Source: an uncultured Gammaproteobacteria bacterium
GTDB taxonomy: Bacteria; Pseudomonadota; Gammaproteobacteria; UBA9214
NCBI GenBank assembly: GCA_963712695.1
Contig: CAVQJD010000025.1
Coordinates: forward strand, 5,289-69,288
Length of the DNA stretch: 64,000 nucleotides
Reading direction: 5' to 3'
A program made the position numbers and the translations under genes. The notes under the pieces were generated by a model, which did no database searches, was not told where the DNA came from, and saw nothing but the letters and a program-made list of their open reading frames with translations. Below are positions 60,278 to 64,000 of the stretch, one piece after another (position 1 is the first letter of the stretch; each line of letters opens with the position of its first letter).

Positions 60278-61624
60278 ATGGATAAACGGCTCGCACTGGT
60301 TGTAGACGACTCCAGGACGGCGCGTGACACCCTCAAGCGCTTGCTGGACAAGCATCATCTTGCCGTCGACACGCTGGAATCAGCGCAGCAGGCGCTCGAC
60401 TATCTGAAGGACCACACCCCCGACGTCATTTTCATGGACCACATGATGCCGGGCATGGATGGCTTCCAGGCCGTGGAGGCGATCAAGGGCAACCCGGACA
60501 CCGCCACCATCCCGATCATGATGTACACCTCCAAGGAAGGCGATTTGTACGTCAGCCAGGCACGCGCACTTGGTGCAATCGGCATCCTGCCCAAGCAGGT
60601 CGAACCGGCCGAGCTGTACCAGGTCCTGAACCGGCTCGGGCTGGTTAAGGAACGTCGCCGACGACCGGCCGAAGACAGCCGCTTCGTACTGATGGACGAT
60701 GCCCCGGAACTCGCCCTGTCCGCCGCGCGCGAGGAAATCCAGGAAATCGCCGAACAGGCCGCGCAGGCGGTCGGTGGCAGACATGGCTCGCAGGAACATC
60801 TGGGCGAGTTACTGGAGGATTATCACCATGAAATGGTGGAGAGCGTGCAGCAGCTGAAGACCGCAATCGACGCACAGGCGGCGCGCGGCGTTCATCCGTT
60901 AAGCGCAATGCTGGTGCCCCTGGTAATCCTGCTGATGCTGATTCCGTTGCTGTGGATCTACCAGGACAGCAGCAGGGAGCGCGCCGAACTCGACCTCGCC
61001 AATCGCCGTATTAACGAGCTGGTTGCGTCGCAACAGGACTTCAGCCGCAACGAGCGCAACGAAAGCTCCACCCTCCGCCAGCAGTTGAGCCAGCGCGACG
61101 ACCAGGCACGCCGGCAGGCACGACTGCTCTACGACAGCATCACCTGGGCGCTCAACCAGGGCAGTCCGTATGATGTGCACGAAGAGCCGTTCAGCGACCG
61201 GCGCCTGGCGATGGTCCAGGAACTGGTGACCCGCCTCAAGGCACTGGGTTTCCGCGGCACGCTACAGCTGGAGTCCCACCTCGGCGAGTTCTGCCTGACC
61301 GGCAACGAAGTGGACGGCTTTGTCGCGGCAGCGCCCGATCTGCCGGTCACATCCTGCGACCTGATCGGTCATCCCCTGCAGCAGCTGCCCGCTCCTGGCG
61401 AGCGTCAGTCCATTGCGTTCGCCAACTTTCTTGCCACCTCGCCGCTCGTCAACAGCGGCGACATTCACCTCGAGATTGTGCCTTTCCTGTTCAGCCGGCC
61501 ACGCATCCCCTACCCGCCGCAAAGCGATACCGTCACGGCGCTTGAATGGAACCGCATCGCCACCGCCAACAACCGGGTCGATGTCCGGCTGATTCCGGAA
61601 TCGGAAATAAATAACCGCGATTAA
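60278..61624 (+). CDS. Receiver-domain protein with an internal TM segment and an uncharacterised C-terminal domain
   Basis: LVVDDS, FMDHMMPGMDG, MYTS, LPK (REC domain). TM MLVPLVILLMLIPLLWIY, then coiled coil and a C-terminal domain ending NNRVDVRL. Confidence 0.8.
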   Translation: MDKRLALVVDDSRTARDTLKRLLDKHHLAVDTLESAQQALDYLKDHTPDVIFMDHMMPGMDGFQAVEAIKGNPDTATIPIMMYTSKEGDLYVSQARALGAIGILPKQVEPAELYQVLNRLGLVKERRRRPAEDSRFVLMDDAPELALSAAREEIQEIAEQAAQAVGGRHGSQEHLGELLEDYHHEMVESVQQLKTAIDAQAARGVHPLSAMLVPLVILLMLIPLLWIYQDSSRERAELDLANRRINELVASQQDFSRNERNESSTLRQQLSQRDDQARRQARLLYDSITWALNQGSPYDVHEEPFSDRRLAMVQELVTRLKALGFRGTLQLESHLGEFCLTGNEVDGFVAAAPDLPVTSCDLIGHPLQQLPAPGERQSIAFANFLATSPLVNSGDIHLEIVPFLFSRPRIPYPPQSDTVTALEWNRIATANNRVDVRLIPESEINNRD

Positions 61625-61895
61625 CCAGCTGACTGACTTGTCTGGCCCGAGCACGCATATCGGTACAGGGTGTCAGGTAATGTCACTGCAACCGCTTGCC
61701 CCTGATGCGTGTACCGTTGGAACCGGTACCGACATGTCTACCTGATTCTGAGCAGAAACCGGCCTGGGAATGTCGATATTCCTTACTACCCTGCAGATAA
61801 AGGGTATTTAATCCAGACCATTATCCATGCCTCTATTTTTATTGATAATTACTCGCATTCCCGGCAGCCGCTCGCTGGCTGGCGTATCGGGTCAG

Positions 61896-61981
61896 TTTAC
61901 AGTCATCACGGACATCCTGCCGTCCTGCCAGGCTAACCCACTGTACTAAATGGATAAAGCACTTCTGGCACAGAGCTTGCT
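61896..61981 (+). promoter_or_regulatory. Sigma54 promoter TGGCACAGAGCTTGCT (61966-61981) with upstream TTTACA enhancer-like site (61896-61901)
   Basis: Exact TGGCAC-N5-TTGC match about 110 bp upstream of a PEP-CTERM-type gene. Confidence 0.8.
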
Positions 61982-62090
61982 GCTTTAATTGCGTCTATCT
62001 AGACAAAAAATAATATGTCGGCTTCGCAAACGCAAAGCACGACAGAAAAACAACCGACAATAACGTTGGAATTTGCGGAGGTATAGATTC

Positions 62091-62585
62091 ATGGACTTCA
62101 GGAAACTCTTTATAGGGCTGGCTTTTCTCGTGTCGGGGACAGCGAATGCTTCAATTTTTGCCCCGACGGATAACAATGTTAACTTTCTCGCCAGTACATT
62201 TAACACTGGCACAATACTGGCAATGTTTGATGACTCAGATCCATTTTTCACAGGGAGTAATTTGCTTATCACCCCGATTCCGGCAGATGTCGGTATCGCG
62301 GCGGGTGGTACAAATCCGGGCGACTTCACGGCAACAAATCAGTTCGCTGCCACGCTGAATCTGACCGGCAACGACTGGTTCAGGCTGGCGATTTCTACCA
62401 ACGGTGGCGCATCATGGTCCGGCGATATCAGCTACAGCCCGCTAGGCCCCTCCGCTCTCAATGTTACATTTTCTGACGGTACTGTGCTGAGTGTGGATAT
62501 CAAGGTCGTCCCGGTCCCTGCAGCGGTGTGGCTGTTCGGCTCCGGTCTGCTCGGTCTGGTCGGTATCGCGCGCCGGCGCAGTTAG
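62091..62585 (+). CDS. VPLPA-CTERM / PEP-CTERM exosortase-sorted protein
   Basis: GGAGG RBS, signal peptide ending ANA, low-complexity S/T/N/G body, C-terminal VPVPAAVWLFGSGLLGLVGIARRRS. Confidence 0.92.
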   Translation: MDFRKLFIGLAFLVSGTANASIFAPTDNNVNFLASTFNTGTILAMFDDSDPFFTGSNLLITPIPADVGIAAGGTNPGDFTATNQFAATLNLTGNDWFRLAISTNGGASWSGDISYSPLGPSALNVTFSDGTVLSVDIKVVPVPAAVWLFGSGLLGLVGIARRRS

Positions 62586-62606
62586 ACTTTCATAACATGA
62601 GTAATC

Positions 62607-62637
62607 AGAAGGCGGCTTACAGCCGCCTTCTTTTTTT
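62607..62637 (+). terminator. Intrinsic terminator
   Basis: AGAAGGCGGCT-TAC-AGCCGCCTTCT followed by a T run. Confidence 0.88.
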
Positions 62638-62763
62638 CAATCGCCGGGTTCAGTCCTCACACCGGTCGACCAAGGCGCCAGGGCTCCGCTCGCTATCGTC
62701 TGCAGAGTGGGAGGAGAATGTCGGGTGAGTTGTAGATACCGGCAACTTAATTCGAGAGTCGCG

Positions 62764-62944
62764 CCAGAGGGTGATCTAATGTAGGGTGCGTTTCACGCAC
62801 CAATAACGGTGCGCACAGCGCACCCAACGAATCCCTCTGGATTCCCGCCTGCGCGGGAATGACGCGGTCGGGCCTCATAATAGATGGGAATCAAATACAG
62901 GGCGCATTGCACGCACCGGCAACGGTGCGCACAGGAAACCCTGC
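62764..62944. repeat. REP-like doublets (GTAGGGTGCG...CGCACC), the first nested in a CCAGAGGG/CCCTCTGG IR, plus a dRS3-type ATTCCC-N8-GGGAAT element
   Basis: Doublet at 62781-62801 / 62808-62828; ATTCCCGCCTGCGCGGGAAT at 62841-62860; degenerate doublet at 62898-62944. Confidence 0.75.
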
Positions 62945-62999
62945 GATGATAAAACACCGCGTACGACGCCGTTCACCGAGGCAGCGGATGTTTCATTCA

Positions 63000-63033
63000 T
63001 TTCCCGGTCATTCCGCGTGCTTCCGTGGCTATT
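63000..63033 (+). repeat. Degenerate TTCCGTG core repeat
   Basis: TTTCCCGGTCATTCCGCGTGCTTCCGTGGCTATT. Confidence 0.7.
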
Positions 63034-63039
63034 CATCTG

Positions 63040-63126
63040 CGCAACCGGAATTCACATCCCCTCATGGACAACATGATCCATCGGGCTGAAGGCGTGGGGT
63101 TTGTGGATCTCCGCTTAGGGACGCTA
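63040..63126. mobile_element. Possible degenerate IS200/IS605-end-derived palindromic remnant
   Basis: Imperfect IR GGAATTCACATCCCC / GGGGTTTGTGGATCTCC around GGCTGAAGGCGTGGGGTTT. Resemblance to IS200/IS605 ends is from pattern recall only. Confidence 0.35.
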
Positions 63127-63537
63127 CATGCCATGCGCATCTGGACGGGGTGCCGGCGTGGGCGCGTTGAGGTGCATGATCAGACGCCAGCCGCCGTCGA
63201 GTTTACGGTAGATATTGGTGCCATAGAACGGTGGTGGTGCAGGCTGGCCCGGCGGCACATCCTGCAGGGTTTCCTCGACATGGTGAATGGCGATGTCACC
63301 GGTTTCGATCCAGTCGAGGTGTGTAACGCTCAGGGCAACACCCTGGCCGCGTGCGAACAGGTGCCTGAACACGTCCTCGACATCCTTTCTGCCCCGGATC
63401 AGCGGATACATGGGCAGCAGGCAACTGATGGCGTCGCTGTCCGCCCAGACCGCCAGCAGCCTGTCCAGGCCACCCTCCTCCAGTGCATCGTAAAATGCGT
63501 CTTCCGCGTCCTGGGGTGTCTCGTAATGACCGCTCAT
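63124..63537 (-). CDS. SnoaL/NTF2-like (YybH family) protein
   Basis: TPQDAEDAFYDAL, VWADSDAISC..P, TNIYRK..GGWRLIMH. The ORF-track 5' extension is repeat-derived. Confidence 0.82.
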   Translation of the reverse strand: MSGHYETPQDAEDAFYDALEEGGLDRLLAVWADSDAISCLLPMYPLIRGRKDVEDVFRHLFARGQGVALSVTHLDWIETGDIAIHHVEETLQDVPPGQPAPPPFYGTNIYRKLDGGWRLIMHLNAPTPAPRPDAHGM

Positions 63538-63649
63538 GATGACCCGTCCGTTGCTGTGATTGCCTTGCGGTAATGCTTGCATTCCACGGCGTGATTGGCA
63601 AGCCAGACAGTCTGCTGCCACTTGCGCTTTATGCTCCGGGCCTGGTGCA

Positions 63650-64000
63650 GGCGTGAGAAGTGAAACGTGAGACGTGAGACGTGAGACGTGAGAAGAAGAA
63701 TGGCCACGGAATCCACGGAAGAACACGGACAGAAAAATTATTAACCTTTTTCCGTGTAATTCCGTGTGCTTCTGTGGCCATTATTTTTATAGGGCTTATT
63801 CCATGCACCGTTAAGGGTGCGTAAAACGCACCCTGCACGTAACACTGCGTTAGTTATTTTTCCGTGTTCTTCCGTGGATTCCGTGGCCATTAATGTTCTA
63901 GGTTTCACCTTTCACCTTTCACCTTTCACCTTTCACCTTTCACCTTTCACCTTTCACCTTTCACCTTTCACGTCTCACGTCTCACGTCTCACGTCTCACG
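63650..64000. repeat. Large inverted composite repeat: heptamers(-) 63650-63691, core(-) 63699-63729, core(+) 63747-63782, REP palindrome 63814-63834, core(+) 63854-63891, heptamers(+) TCACCTT x9 then TCACGTC x4+ from 63905 to the window end
   Basis: 63699-63729 and 63861-63891 are exact 31-bp reverse complements. The last array is cut by the window end. Confidence 0.95.

Overview
GC-rich gammaproteobacterial chromosome segment. Gene order and content look Chromatiales/Thiogranum-like; this is inference, not a search result. It is almost entirely core housekeeping genes: sspAB, petABC, degS, hisGDC, murA, mlaFEDCB, kdsDC-lptCAB, the rpoN-hpf-ptsN-hprK-rapZ-EIIA-HPr-ptsI cluster, mgtE, pmbA/tldD/yhdP/rng/maf, rlmH-rsfS-nadD-proA-holA-lptE-leuS, lnt-corC-ybeY-phoH-miaB, rnpB, ppc and a sigma54-preceded VPLPA/PEP-CTERM gene. 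The unusual signal is non-coding. A composite repeat family combines TCAC(G/C)TN heptamer tandem arrays with a ~30-bp (TTCCGTG)x2-4-GCCATT core (9 core copies), often as large inverted structures, and one array supplies the hisD stop codon. There is also a 161-bp CTAG-flanked MITE between rsfS and rlmH, and a hotspot of nested REP, dRS3-like and IS200-like palindromes at 62.7-64 kb. Two small genes are missing from the ORF track: a DUF3330-like protein and a 35-aa membrane peptide with an upstream operator-like palindrome. proA and miaB each carry about four single-base indels, most likely sequencing or assembly errors. I saw no CRISPR array, tRNA, rRNA, transposase or integrase.
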